A stretch of DNA of 64,000 nt. It comes from a bacterium (lineage in GTDB: Bacteria > Patescibacteriota > Minisyncoccia > UBA6257 > JAGOQP01). Below are positions 49,541-58,700 of the stretch, in pieces. The notes under the pieces were generated by a model. That model did no database searches. It was not told the origin of the DNA and worked only from the letters and a program-made list of their open reading frames with translations. Location: NCBI GenBank assembly GCA_021814695.1, contig JAKAHY010000005.1:1364-65363 (forward strand), read 5' to 3'. Position 1 is the first letter of the stretch. Every line of letters begins with the position of its first letter. The translations under genes and the position numbers were made by a program.

Positions 49541-49745
49541 GGATTATGTGGATTTAAAAAAGGCCCACGCGCCTATGCACATATCGTACCTACGCCAATA
49601 CTAAATGTCAATCCCGAACCTTTGGTAAATTGCGCGAAGTGCCAGAACTGCCCCATACATAAAATAATTTCTGAATTCAATAACTTAAACATAATGGCTT
49701 TAAATATATACTATTTATAATATTTACCGAAGGTGCGGGATCAAG

Positions 49746-51776
49746 TTATATATCCAGATTCTTCACAGTTGCCGCACGGCTTTGAATGAAGTGTTTTCTG
49801 GGCTCAACTCTTTCCCCCATAAGAATGTCAAAAAGGCGGTCAGCTGCCTGGGCATCCTCTATTTTCACCTGTTTCATAATTCTTGTGGTCGGATCCATTG
49901 TCGTTTCCCACAATTGCTGGGGGTTCATTTCTCCAAGACCCTTATAGCGCTGTATTAAAACGCCTTTGACTTTTTCCTCCCCTCCTTCTTCGGTAGAAGT
50001 TTCAACGTTCTTCTCCTCTTTTTCTTCTTTGTCTTCTTTAGCTTTCTTTTTTGCAGCTTTTGCCGCCTGCATTGAAGCTGAAATTTTATCCTTCTCCTGG
50101 TCGGAAAAAGCATACGCGAACTCTTTTCCGGATTGCACCCTGAAAAGCGGCGGCTGGGCAATATACAAATATCCCCTTTCTATAATTTCTCTAAAATAAC
50201 GGTAAAAAAGAGTCAAAAGAAGAGTGCGAATGTGAGCGCCGTCAACATCGGCATCGGTCATAATTACTATCTTGTGATAGCGGATTTTTTCCACATTAAA
50301 ATCGTTGCCAATGGCAGTCCCAAGAGCAATCACGAGCGATTTGATCTCGTTATTAATAAGCATTTTATCCAATCGGGATTTTTCGACATTGAGAATTTTC
50401 CCTCTGAGCGGCAATATAGCCTGAAATCTCCGATCTCTGCCCTGTTTTCCCGAACCTCCGGCCGAGTCTCCCTCGACAATAAATAATTCAGATTCTGAAG
50501 GTTCTTTCGATGTACAGTCGGCAAGTTTACCGGGAAGCGCCAGTCCTTCCAACGGACCCTTGCGCAATACGGTTTCTTTGGCTGCTTTAGCCGCCTTTCT
50601 GGCCTTTGCGGCCAAAAGACACTTACCCACAATGACCCTGGCTTCAGACGAATACTTTTGTAAGAACTCTTTTAGAGCTTCGGCAACAACAGCCTCAACG
50701 GCGGTTCTGGCGGGAGGATTTCCTAGGCGGGCCTTGGTCTGTCCCTCAAACTGAGGCTCTCTGATTTTTACCGACACAATGGCTACTATGCCCTCTCTCA
50801 CGTCATCACCGGTAAGATTTTCTTCCTTATCCTTAATATAGCCGTTCTCACGGGAATAGTCGTTTAAAACACGGGTAAGCGCGCTGCGAAATCCGGTCAG
50901 GTGCATTCCCCCGTCGGGCGTATAAATATTGTTTGCAAAACTCAACTCCTGAGTCTCGGGATCATTGTCATAGACAAATGTGGCCTCTACCTGTATATCC
51001 TCGTATTCCTTGTTTACATAAAATGGAGTTTCCTGCGCCGTTTCACCAAACTCATTCAAATACGAAAGAAATGAAAGCAATCCTCCTTCAAAACAGAACG
51101 AGTAATATAAGGGAACTTCTTCCCGCTCGTCTATAATTTCAATTGTTATCCCTTTGACCAAGAAAGCCTGTTGCCTTAAATGGTCTATGATTTTCTTCCG
51201 GTCGAATTCTATCTTGGAGAATATTTCCTCATCCGGTTGAAATGTTATTTTTGTACCCGTTGTTTTGGAATTGCCTATTTTTTTGACTTTATACTGCGGG
51301 ATTCCTTTTTTATATTCCTGAATATACGAACCTCCGTCTTTGTTTACTTCCGCCTTCATCCATTTGGAAAGGGCGTTAACAACCGCCGCTCCGACACCGT
51401 GCAAACCTCCCGAAACTTTATATGAATCTCCTCCAAATTTTCCTCCGGCATGAAGCGTGCAGAGAGCCGTTTCAAGAGCGGATTTTTTTGTCTGAGGATG
51501 CACATCAACCGGAATTCCTCGGCCGTCATCCGTAACGGCTACTATATTGTTCTTCAGCAGTTCTACTTTTATATGTTTTGCAAAACCGGCCATCGCTTCG
51601 TCGATAGAGTTATCAACGATTTCCCACACCAAATGATGCAAGCCATCGACTCCGGTGGAGCCGATGTACATTCCTGGGCGCTTTCTGACAGGCTCAAGAC
51701 CCTCAAGAACATAAATGTCCTTAGCGCTATAAGAAGCTCCGTTATTTTGTTCCTTTTTTTCCTCTTTTTTTGCCAT
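49746..51776 (-). CDS. gyrB: DNA gyrase subunit B
   Basis: GHKL ATPase (LHHLVWEIVDNSIDEA), Toprim (EGDSAGGS) and C-terminal tail motifs. Confidence 0.95.
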   Translation of the reverse strand: MAKKEEKKEQNNGASYSAKDIYVLEGLEPVRKRPGMYIGSTGVDGLHHLVWEIVDNSIDEAMAGFAKHIKVELLKNNIVAVTDDGRGIPVDVHPQTKKSALETALCTLHAGGKFGGDSYKVSGGLHGVGAAVVNALSKWMKAEVNKDGGSYIQEYKKGIPQYKVKKIGNSKTTGTKITFQPDEEIFSKIEFDRKKIIDHLRQQAFLVKGITIEIIDEREEVPLYYSFCFEGGLLSFLSYLNEFGETAQETPFYVNKEYEDIQVEATFVYDNDPETQELSFANNIYTPDGGMHLTGFRSALTRVLNDYSRENGYIKDKEENLTGDDVREGIVAIVSVKIREPQFEGQTKARLGNPPARTAVEAVVAEALKEFLQKYSSEARVIVGKCLLAAKARKAAKAAKETVLRKGPLEGLALPGKLADCTSKEPSESELFIVEGDSAGGSGKQGRDRRFQAILPLRGKILNVEKSRLDKMLINNEIKSLVIALGTAIGNDFNVEKIRYHKIVIMTDADVDGAHIRTLLLTLFYRYFREIIERGYLYIAQPPLFRVQSGKEFAYAFSDQEKDKISASMQAAKAAKKKAKEDKEEKEEKNVETSTEEGGEEKVKGVLIQRYKGLGEMNPQQLWETTMDPTTRIMKQVKIEDAQAADRLFDILMGERVEPRKHFIQSRAATVKNLDI

Positions 51777-51905
51777 TAAAATCTATAAAAAGCCACTAAA
51801 AATGGGATCAATTTAACCCCTTTTGTTGATCTAAGATTAGCATATTTTGAGCTAAAAAACAAGCCGGAATTGTGTTAAAACAGGGTAAAAATAGACACGG
51901 AAATT

Positions 51906-51924
51906 TGGGTGGCCTACGGGATTT
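51906..51924 (+). repeat. 19-nt direct repeat of the tRNA-His 3' end (attR-like)
   Basis: gggtggcctacgggatttg is identical to 52050-52068 (T-loop through acceptor 3' end of the minus-strand tRNA-His), 122 nt away. Confidence 0.65.
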
Positions 51925-52049
51925 GCCTCTCGCTCTGCTGAGTCTCGAGACCTTCGCAGCCTCTTCGGCAGCTGCGGCCCGCGGTTCAAATTCTATGAAG
52001 ATTTCCCAGAAAATAATAAGTTCTCCGAAGGGAGAACTTATTATTTCTT
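51925..52049 (-). mobile_element. GC-rich tRNA-His trailer between the tRNA and its 3'-end repeat (scar or mini integrative element)
   Basis: Contains an inverted T-arm-like cgcggttcaaattc (51979-51992) and a strong hairpin taagttctccgaagggagaactta (52016-52039, followed by a T-run on the minus strand) that likely terminates the tRNA-His transcript. Confidence 0.4.
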
Positions 52050-52122
52050 GGGTGGCCTACGGGATTTGAACCCGTGATAACAGTGCCACAAACTGTTGTG
52101 TTACCACTACACTAAGGCCACC
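52050..52122 (-). tRNA. tRNA-His (anticodon GTG); G-1 not encoded
   Basis: rc GGTGGCCTTAGTGTAGTGGTAACACAACAGTTTGTGGCACTGTTATCACGGGTTCAAATCCCGTAGGCCACCC; anticodon stem ACAGT/ACTGT. Confidence 0.7.
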
Positions 52123-52217
52123 ATACAACTTACAAAGACACTATAAATTATCTCAAGATATATTTCAATACCATTTTTCTTGATTTTATCAATAGTTATC
52201 AATAGAATGGATGTATT

Positions 52218-52289
52218 GCCCCCATAGTTCAATGGATAGAACGACTCCCTTCTAAGGAGTAGATCTAGGTCCGATTCCTGGTGGGGGTA
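52218..52289 (+). tRNA. tRNA-Arg (anticodon TCT), non-canonical T-loop TCCGATT
   Basis: GCCCCCATAGTTCAATGGATAGAACGACTCCCTTCTAAGGAGTAGATCTAGGTCCGATTCCTGGTGGGGGTA; G1-U72 wobble. Confidence 0.6.
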
Positions 52290-52368
52290 CATAATCACAA
52301 AAACGACTTTATGATGTTTTTTGCGCTTAACCTCTAAAAGACGCTCTGATGAAGATATAAGGATAAAG

Positions 52369-52743
52369 TTATAAATCAAGTTTTCTACCCTTATAATTTA
52401 AAGCTTCTTTAATAAATTTTTTTTCGTCCCTACTGCTATGCTCTATCAAATGACAGTTAGCGCATAATAAAATACATTTCTTAATTTCGTTTTTTATAGA
52501 ATTCCAACTTTTATTTCCAACATTTCCAAGATTAAATTCTTTATTTTTTGGGTTTGTGTGGTGAAATTGGAAAGCTGATTGATTACCAGACCAACCACAT
52601 TTTTTACATTTTCCTCCAAGATATTTTATTGCAGCTAATTTTGTTCTATATCTCCTAATTTTTGTATTACAAGAACCACATCTGCTTCTGCACTTATTTT
52701 GATAATCTTTAAAATTATTTTTACAAAGCTTACATATTCGCAT
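52369..52743 (-). CDS. HNH endonuclease with N-terminal zinc fingers (homing-endonuclease-like)
   Basis: FQFHHTNP...N...N...KKCILLCANCHLIEH is a canonical HNH motif; CKLC...CGSC...CKKC zinc clusters; the region is markedly AT-rich. Confidence 0.7.
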   Translation of the reverse strand: MRICKLCKNNFKDYQNKCRSRCGSCNTKIRRYRTKLAAIKYLGGKCKKCGWSGNQSAFQFHHTNPKNKEFNLGNVGNKSWNSIKNEIKKCILLCANCHLIEHSSRDEKKFIKEALNYKGRKLDL

Positions 52744-52833
52744 ATTCTCAGTATAACACGTGTCGCTCTACCAAAAAACAGAACATTGCAAAAACGAATC
52801 CTTGTGATAATATTTGTTGGTACATTTAAATAT

Positions 52834-53200
52834 GCCGCGGTAGCTCAGTGGTAGAGCGCATCCCTAAACTCTTTGGGGCTTTTCCGAGTAATCGGGATTG
52901 AAAAATCGGGTGAAATCGGTGGAAATCTCTAAATAAATTTTATTTTTAGACAATACCGAGCCAATCCTTCGCTAAAGCTTCGGATTGCAAGCAAGCTGTA
53001 TCTAAATTTTGCATAGAATAGAAAGTTTGCCTGCCGTAGCCTTCAGCGTAGGCAGGTGTAGAGACTATCCTTTATGGAGTACTCCGGCGGTTCCGCCAGA
53101 GGAAGCGCCCGATCCCCGCCTTTTGGTGGGGAATGATATAGTCCAAAACTCTTAGTCATGGAAGAGGATGGCGTCGGGGGTTCAATTCCCTCCCGCGGCA
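52834..53200 (+). tRNA. tRNA-Phe (anticodon GAA) interrupted by a group I intron between positions 33 and 34
   Basis: 5' exon GCCGCGGTAGCTCAGTGGTAGAGCGCATCCCT (52834-52865). 3' exon GAAGAGGATGGCGTCGGGGGTTCAATTCCCTCCCGCGGCA (53161-53200). Spliced loop CTGAAGA; acceptor GCCGCGG/CCGCGGC. Confidence 0.7.
52866..53160 (+). ncRNA. Group I self-splicing intron (295 nt) in the tRNA-Phe anticodon loop
   Basis: 5' exon ends in U paired to the intron GGGG (P1 CCCU/GGGG with a U-G pair); the intron ends in G (omega-G, 53160). R-like element AGAGACTA (about 53059-53067) and S-like GATATAGTCC (53135-53144) can form P7. Candidate cctgcc/ggcagg helix at 53032-53058. Confidence 0.65.
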
Positions 53201-53206
53201 CAATAA

Positions 53207-53240
53207 AAAACATTCACATTTTAAGTGGATGTTTTTATTT
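53207..53240 (+). terminator. Terminator after tRNA-Phe
   Basis: Hairpin acattcacattttaagtggatgt followed by ttttattt. Confidence 0.5.
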
Positions 53241-53392
53241 GCTGCGGGGAGCGAGCAAACTGATTTGCTTGCGTTAGGGAATTGAACGCCGGAGCATGTT
53301 TCGGCCAGCAGGCAGAAACGCGAGGCGGCGGCTAGACCAATTCGAGCGACGGCGAGAATTGAGTCGGAGCCAATATTATCCCGCGGCACAAT
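53241..53392 (+). mobile_element. GC-rich tRNA-Phe trailer ending in a direct repeat of the tRNA 3' end (scar or mini element)
   Basis: 53379-53392 (tcccgcggcacaat) repeats 53191-53204; inverted T-arm copy gggaattgaacgcc at 53277-53290; composition far more GC-rich than the flanks. Confidence 0.4.
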
Positions 53393-53405
53393 GAACAAAA
53401 AAGCC

Positions 53406-53813
53406 CTAAAAGGCTTTTTTGTTCATCATGACCGATTCCACTAAATCCCCCACGAAAGGTAATTTATACCTTTCGCCTTTATACGCCTTAAACATAGTAA
53501 TCACCCACACCGCAAATCCAAGCAGTGAAAGCAGGCCACCGACAAACCAACCAAAAAATGGAATTATTCCTACGATAAAAGACAGGACATTGAGCGACAA
53601 AAACACGAAGATTGACTGAAGTGCGTGGAACCGAATAAAATCGTTTTTATTTTCTATAACCAGAAAAACAATCCCTCCAACCCAAGCAAACAGATAACAC
53701 AAGACCGCCTCTATATTTTCCGGCAATCCCAATGCCGTCTTCTTGTGATCGGCCTGGGATTCCTTAATTTTATCCCCGTGAACGTGGTTACTCTCTTTTT
53801 TTGTTTCGTCCAT
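53406..53813 (-). CDS. Membrane protein (hypothetical, 3-4 TM)
   Basis: 135 aa; charged N-terminus followed by hydrophobic helices. Confidence 0.45.
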   Translation of the reverse strand: MDETKKESNHVHGDKIKESQADHKKTALGLPENIEAVLCYLFAWVGGIVFLVIENKNDFIRFHALQSIFVFLSLNVLSFIVGIIPFFGWFVGGLLSLLGFAVWVITMFKAYKGERYKLPFVGDLVESVMMNKKAF

Positions 53814-53873
53814 AATATTTTGTTTAACTTATTGAATTATAACCTACCTTGGCTATACTGTATAGGTAAATTA

Positions 53874-53944
53874 CGGGCCGTAGTGTAACGGTAGCACGAG
53901 TGCTTTGGGAGTATTTAGTCCGGGTTCGAATCCCGGCGGCCCGA
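53874..53944 (+). tRNA. tRNA-Pro (anticodon TGG) with C1-G72 pair
   Basis: CGGGCCGTAGTGTAACGGTAGCACGAGTGCTTTGGGAGTATTTAGTCCGGGTTCGAATCCCGGCGGCCCGA; acceptor CGGGCCG/CGGCCCG is perfect. Confidence 0.75.
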
Positions 53945-53950
53945 CTTGAA

Positions 53951-53983
53951 CAAAATACTCTGCCTTGTGCAGAGTATTTTTTT
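53951..53983 (+). terminator. Terminator after tRNA-Pro
   Basis: aatactctgccttgtgcagagtatt followed by tttttttg. Confidence 0.6.
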
Positions 53984-54011
53984 GAGATTCAACCAAGATA
54001 AATCCGACATC

Positions 54012-55199
54012 TTAAACTCTGACCTTCTGCCTGGCTAATGCCGATTTTACTATTCCGTCAACCAATTCATCATAAGATATTCCGGATGCTTGAGCGGCCA
54101 TAGACATAATATCTTCCCGGGCCAAATATGGATTAAGGTTGGCCTCAAGAACGTAAAGCTTGCCGTCATTGTCCATTCTCATATCAATACGGGCATAATC
54201 GCGGACATCCAAGGCTCTGGCGACTTTTACCGCTAAATCGCCCATTTTCTTTTGAATCTCTTCCGGGAGCGTTTTTTTAAGGTCTTGTCCGTAATTAAAA
54301 TCTATTTTTTTGAACTCTTCCGACTTTTCGTCGATTTTGGCCTTGTTGGAATAAATTTTAGGTTTTCCTGCCGGCCATTTGGAAAAATCCAGCTCAACAA
54401 TAGACAGCGGCTTGGCATTACCGTCATCGCCTATAACCGAAACATAAAATTCCCTGCCATCAATAAATTCCTCCACCATAACGTCTCCCCCCAATGTTTC
54501 ATGAAGTTCTTTTACCTTCTTAACCAGAGATTCATAATTATTAGCGACAGAGTTATCGTCAATGCCTATAGAAGCATCTTCTCTAACCGGTTTTACAAAC
54601 AGTGGATATGTAAATCCTTTAGGTACTGCAACGTCCTGGCCGACGCGCACCACGAAAAAATCGGCATACGATATTCGATGGAAATCAAAAATCTTTTTAC
54701 TTACGTGTTTGTCTCCACTCAGAAAAAGCCCTCCCGATGTAGCTCCGGTAAATGGTATCCTGAACATTTCTATTAAGGCGGTAACATTGGAATCGAACCG
54801 GTCGTTGTTTCGGAAAGTTTCAACAAGATTAAAAATTAAATCCGGCTTTGCCTCTCTTATGCCGTTAGTTATCTTGTCGATGCTTTGATTAATCGGCAGA
54901 AGAGCCACCTGATATCCTCGGGATATAAGAACTTCTTCAACATTATCGACAACTTCGTCGTGAGTAGGAATCTGATTGGGATATTCCTGATAGAAAAGAA
55001 TCAGGATTTTTGTTACCGGTTTAGACAACAAATTTTTTTTGACGTCACCATCCCCGGACGAATTTAAAACCGGCGATGAAGGCGTCTGGACATCCATCTT
55101 CCTTGAAGAAATCTTTTGTAATTCCGGTCTGGAATTTAATTGCGTATCGGACATTGTTGTCTTTTTATTAACAATATCATAACGGATATTCAAATACAA
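54012..55199 (-). CDS. ddl: D-alanine--D-alanine ligase-like ATP-grasp enzyme (long N-terminal extension; start uncertain)
   Basis: ATP-grasp motifs (PLFVKPVREDASIGI, EEFIDGREFYVSV, YVLEANLNPYL). Confidence 0.65.
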   Translation of the reverse strand: MYLNIRYDIVNKKTTMSDTQLNSRPELQKISSRKMDVQTPSSPVLNSSGDGDVKKNLLSKPVTKILILFYQEYPNQIPTHDEVVDNVEEVLISRGYQVALLPINQSIDKITNGIREAKPDLIFNLVETFRNNDRFDSNVTALIEMFRIPFTGATSGGLFLSGDKHVSKKIFDFHRISYADFFVVRVGQDVAVPKGFTYPLFVKPVREDASIGIDDNSVANNYESLVKKVKELHETLGGDVMVEEFIDGREFYVSVIGDDGNAKPLSIVELDFSKWPAGKPKIYSNKAKIDEKSEEFKKIDFNYGQDLKKTLPEEIQKKMGDLAVKVARALDVRDYARIDMRMDNDGKLYVLEANLNPYLAREDIMSMAAQASGISYDELVDGIVKSALARQKVRV

Positions 55200-55255
55200 A
55201 AAATTTATGCAAAAAATCCCCCCGGAATCGTCCGGAGGGGTTTTATTTAAAAGGT

Positions 55256-55645
55256 TTATTTCATTCCCAAGGTATCTCTGACTTTAGTGACAACGTCTTC
55301 GATTTTCCAATCGGATTTTATCAGATAGTATGCCGGCTCATCTTTGGCCACGGCCCAGGTAATTTTATCATCCGCCGTCAAGTTGGTAAGAATTATTATA
55401 GGAACTTTGCGGCCGTATACGTTTTCTTCCCTTAAACGCCTCATCATCTCCACCCCATCCATCTTTGGCATTGCCAAATCCAATAGGATAAGATCGGGGC
55501 GTTTTTCCAATGCGGTTCTCAGGCCTTCCGCTCCGTTTTTTGCCTCATGAACGGTAAATCCTTCCCGGATAAATTTTTCTGACAAGGCATTCAAGACCGA
55601 TGGCTCGTCTTCCACAATCAGCAGTGATTTTGCTTGCTGTTCCAT
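55256..55645 (-). CDS. Single-domain response regulator (CheY-like receiver)
   Basis: LLIVEDEP...DLILLDLAMPKMDG...VPIIILTN. Confidence 0.8.
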   Translation of the reverse strand: MEQQAKSLLIVEDEPSVLNALSEKFIREGFTVHEAKNGAEGLRTALEKRPDLILLDLAMPKMDGVEMMRRLREENVYGRKVPIIILTNLTADDKITWAVAKDEPAYYLIKSDWKIEDVVTKVRDTLGMK

Positions 55646-55712
55646 GTCTAATTTATATTAATATTGACCTTTGGGTTTATAAAAAAATAATAGCACAAAA
55701 AACTCCCAAGCA

Positions 55713-58700
55713 CTATATCAGCTTTTTAGTGCCTGATTTTTGAATCATCCCCTTAACAGGCAGAGAAACATAAAATTTCGTCCCTTTATTTTCTTTGGAT
55801 TCAAACCAAATTGAACCGCCGGATTTTTCGACTATTTCTTTGACTATATAAAGACCCAATCCGGTTCCATCGGTTTCAACCTCCCTTATATTATCTGCTC
55901 TGAAAAATTTCTCGAAAATCCTTGACTGCTGTCGTTCTGGAATCCCATAACCGCTATCGGAGACGGATATTATGATGTCATTCCCTATCTTATGAACCTC
56001 AACCTTGATCGACCCTTTGTTGGGCGTATATTTGACCGAATTTGAAATCAGATTCTGAAGCACCACGCGCATTAAACTTTGGTCAATACTAAGCAATCCT
56101 ATTGTTTTATCATATTGTTCTGTTAATTTTTGATGGCGCTTTTTTATTTCGTGTGAAAGCTCTTTTATTACGGATTTCAATATTTCGATGATATCGGTAG
56201 GTTTGGGTTCTATAGCAAAGGTTCCAAGCTCAATTCTAGAAACGTTAAGCAGAGACCCGACCAAATCGGCCATGCGCTTGCTCGAATGATAGATTTCCCC
56301 GAGATAATCTTTCTGTTTTTTATTAAGTTTACCGACGTCTTCATCCAATAACATTTCCGTATACCAATTTATTGCCGAGAGGGGCGTGCGTAATTGATGG
56401 GATGCCAGTGATACAAATTCTGACTTAGATTTATCAATCGCCCTTTCTTTTGTTACGTCGCGCTCAATTCCGACAAAGAATATAATATTTCCCTTTTCAT
56501 CAAGAATCGGAGCAATACTCATGACAGCCTGGTAAGACTCTCCCGATTTGCGCCTGTTTGTAACTTCTCCGGTAAATGATTTCTTTTCTTCCTTAATTGT
56601 CTTCCACATTGTTTTATAGAAATCCGCCGGCATCTGACCGCCCCACAATCTTGGGTTGGCTCCTATCATCTCGTTTATCGGATAACCCGTGATTCTGGAT
56701 GCCGCATTGTTGGCATAAAGAATTTTAGCGTCCGCATCGGTAATAATAATATGATCGGAAGCATTCTGAACCGCCAGCTTAAACTTCTCCATATCAGCAT
56801 TTACCTGTTTTAAATGCTCTTCACTGCGCTTAATTTCGGAAATATCATGAACGATTACCTGTATCGCTTTAACACCCTCAAAAACAACCGGAGCGGCAAT
56901 AACTTCAACATCAATGGGCGTGCCGTCGATTTTAAGGAACTTTTCGGCATTGAGAGAAACTGATTTGCCTGTTTCTATCATTTCCGAAATCCTTTGCTCG
57001 ACAACCTTTTGGCTATCAGGATGAACAAAGCTCATTGTTGGCCTACCTATCAAGTTCTCTGCCGATTTTGCCCCAAATAATCTCACAGCTGCCATATTAA
57101 CGAATAAAACGCTTTTTCCGGAATGAACAGCAATGGCATCGGGAGATAAATCCACTAACAAGCGGTAATTTTCTTCGCTCTTCTTCAGATTTTCTCTGGA
57201 GATGACTTCGTTTGTGACATCGGCATATATAGCCACAATATTTCCGTCGGGAGTTTTGTATATAAAATTTCTTCTCCAGGAATCCTTGCCGTTGTTGCTG
57301 TATTTTTTTTCGGGGAAATACTGGGAATTGCCGGTTTTATACACGTGCTTGAACACATCCACAATCCCCATTTGAACTGCTCCGGGGAATGCGCGGGTAA
57401 CATCTTTGCCTATAACATCCTGTTTTTTAACGCCTTCTATTTTTTCGGCAACAGAGCTGAAATCTTTTAATATAAAACTTTTACCGTCATCCTCGGTTTT
57501 ATAAACAACGACGGCTAATCCCAAATTATTTGTCATTTGGGTATATATCTCCTCACTTTCTATCAAACTTATTTGAGTTCGAATACTGCCTATCCCAAAG
57601 CCTATATCGTTGGCCAACTCGGTCAAAAGTTTTATTTCACTTTCACTAAACGCGTCCGGTTCCGAGGAATAAATATTTAATGCTCCAAAAATACCGGAAG
57701 CCAAAGGTATTGGAAAAGCCGCAGAAGATGCATACCCCCGCTTTGATGCCGCCTCTCTCCACAACACATATGATGGGTCGTTTAATATATCTTTCATAAC
57801 AGAAACCTTTCCGTATCTTATCGCAATTCCGGTTGGGCCCTGACCATATTCGTTGTCTCCCCAGGATATTTTAACGGAGCTAAGATACCCGTCTTCGTAT
57901 CCGACCTGAGCTATCGGTTTGACGGTTTTTTGAACATCATTTATTGCCGTTCCTATCCATGCCAGACGATAGCCACCGACATTAACCACAATGTCACAGA
58001 CTTTTTTTACAAATTCATCTTCGTTTTTTATACGGACCATCGCCTGGTTGCTTTCGCTAAGAACCCTAAGGGCGCGGCTGGTTCTGGCCATGGTTATCTC
58101 CGTCAATTTTCTATCTGTCATATCTTCAGAAAATATGGCCAACTGATAAACTTTGCCGGAAGAATCGTGTATGGGATAAATGCTATTGCGGAAATATCTT
58201 CCGGAACGAAAATCTTCGTACTTAGTGGGCTCGCCGCTATCAATAACCGCGGAAGCTCTGTCTCTGCGCACTTTGGCTAATTCCGGAGGAAAATACTCAT
58301 ATATTATTTTTCCGGACAATTCGCCGGGCTTCATATTAAAACGAGCTGCTCCGGATTCATTGGCAGTAATTATCCGTCCGTCCAAATCGATAAGATAGAC
58401 GGCTTCTACGGTAGCGTTGAGAATCGCACTGTTGACTTCATTGCTTTGTTTTAGCGCAGCTTCAATCTGGCGATGATGAGTAACGTCTCTAATTATGACC
58501 AAATTAAGTCCCGGCAAATAATGCGCCGTTGCCGTAACTTCCATATACCTGTTTTGACCGCTTATGGGACCCTTAAACATAAAATCGAATCTCATTTTCC
58601 CCTCCACCAAAAATCTATCCCATACTTTTCTATCGACATTTTTTTCGTCCGGAGAAATAAAATCAAAAACGGTATGGTGTAAAATCAGTTCTTTTTTTGA

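Noticed and set aside
52107-52379. 90-aa minus-strand ORF
   Set aside because: Overlaps tRNA-Arg (52218-52289) on the opposite strand; spurious.
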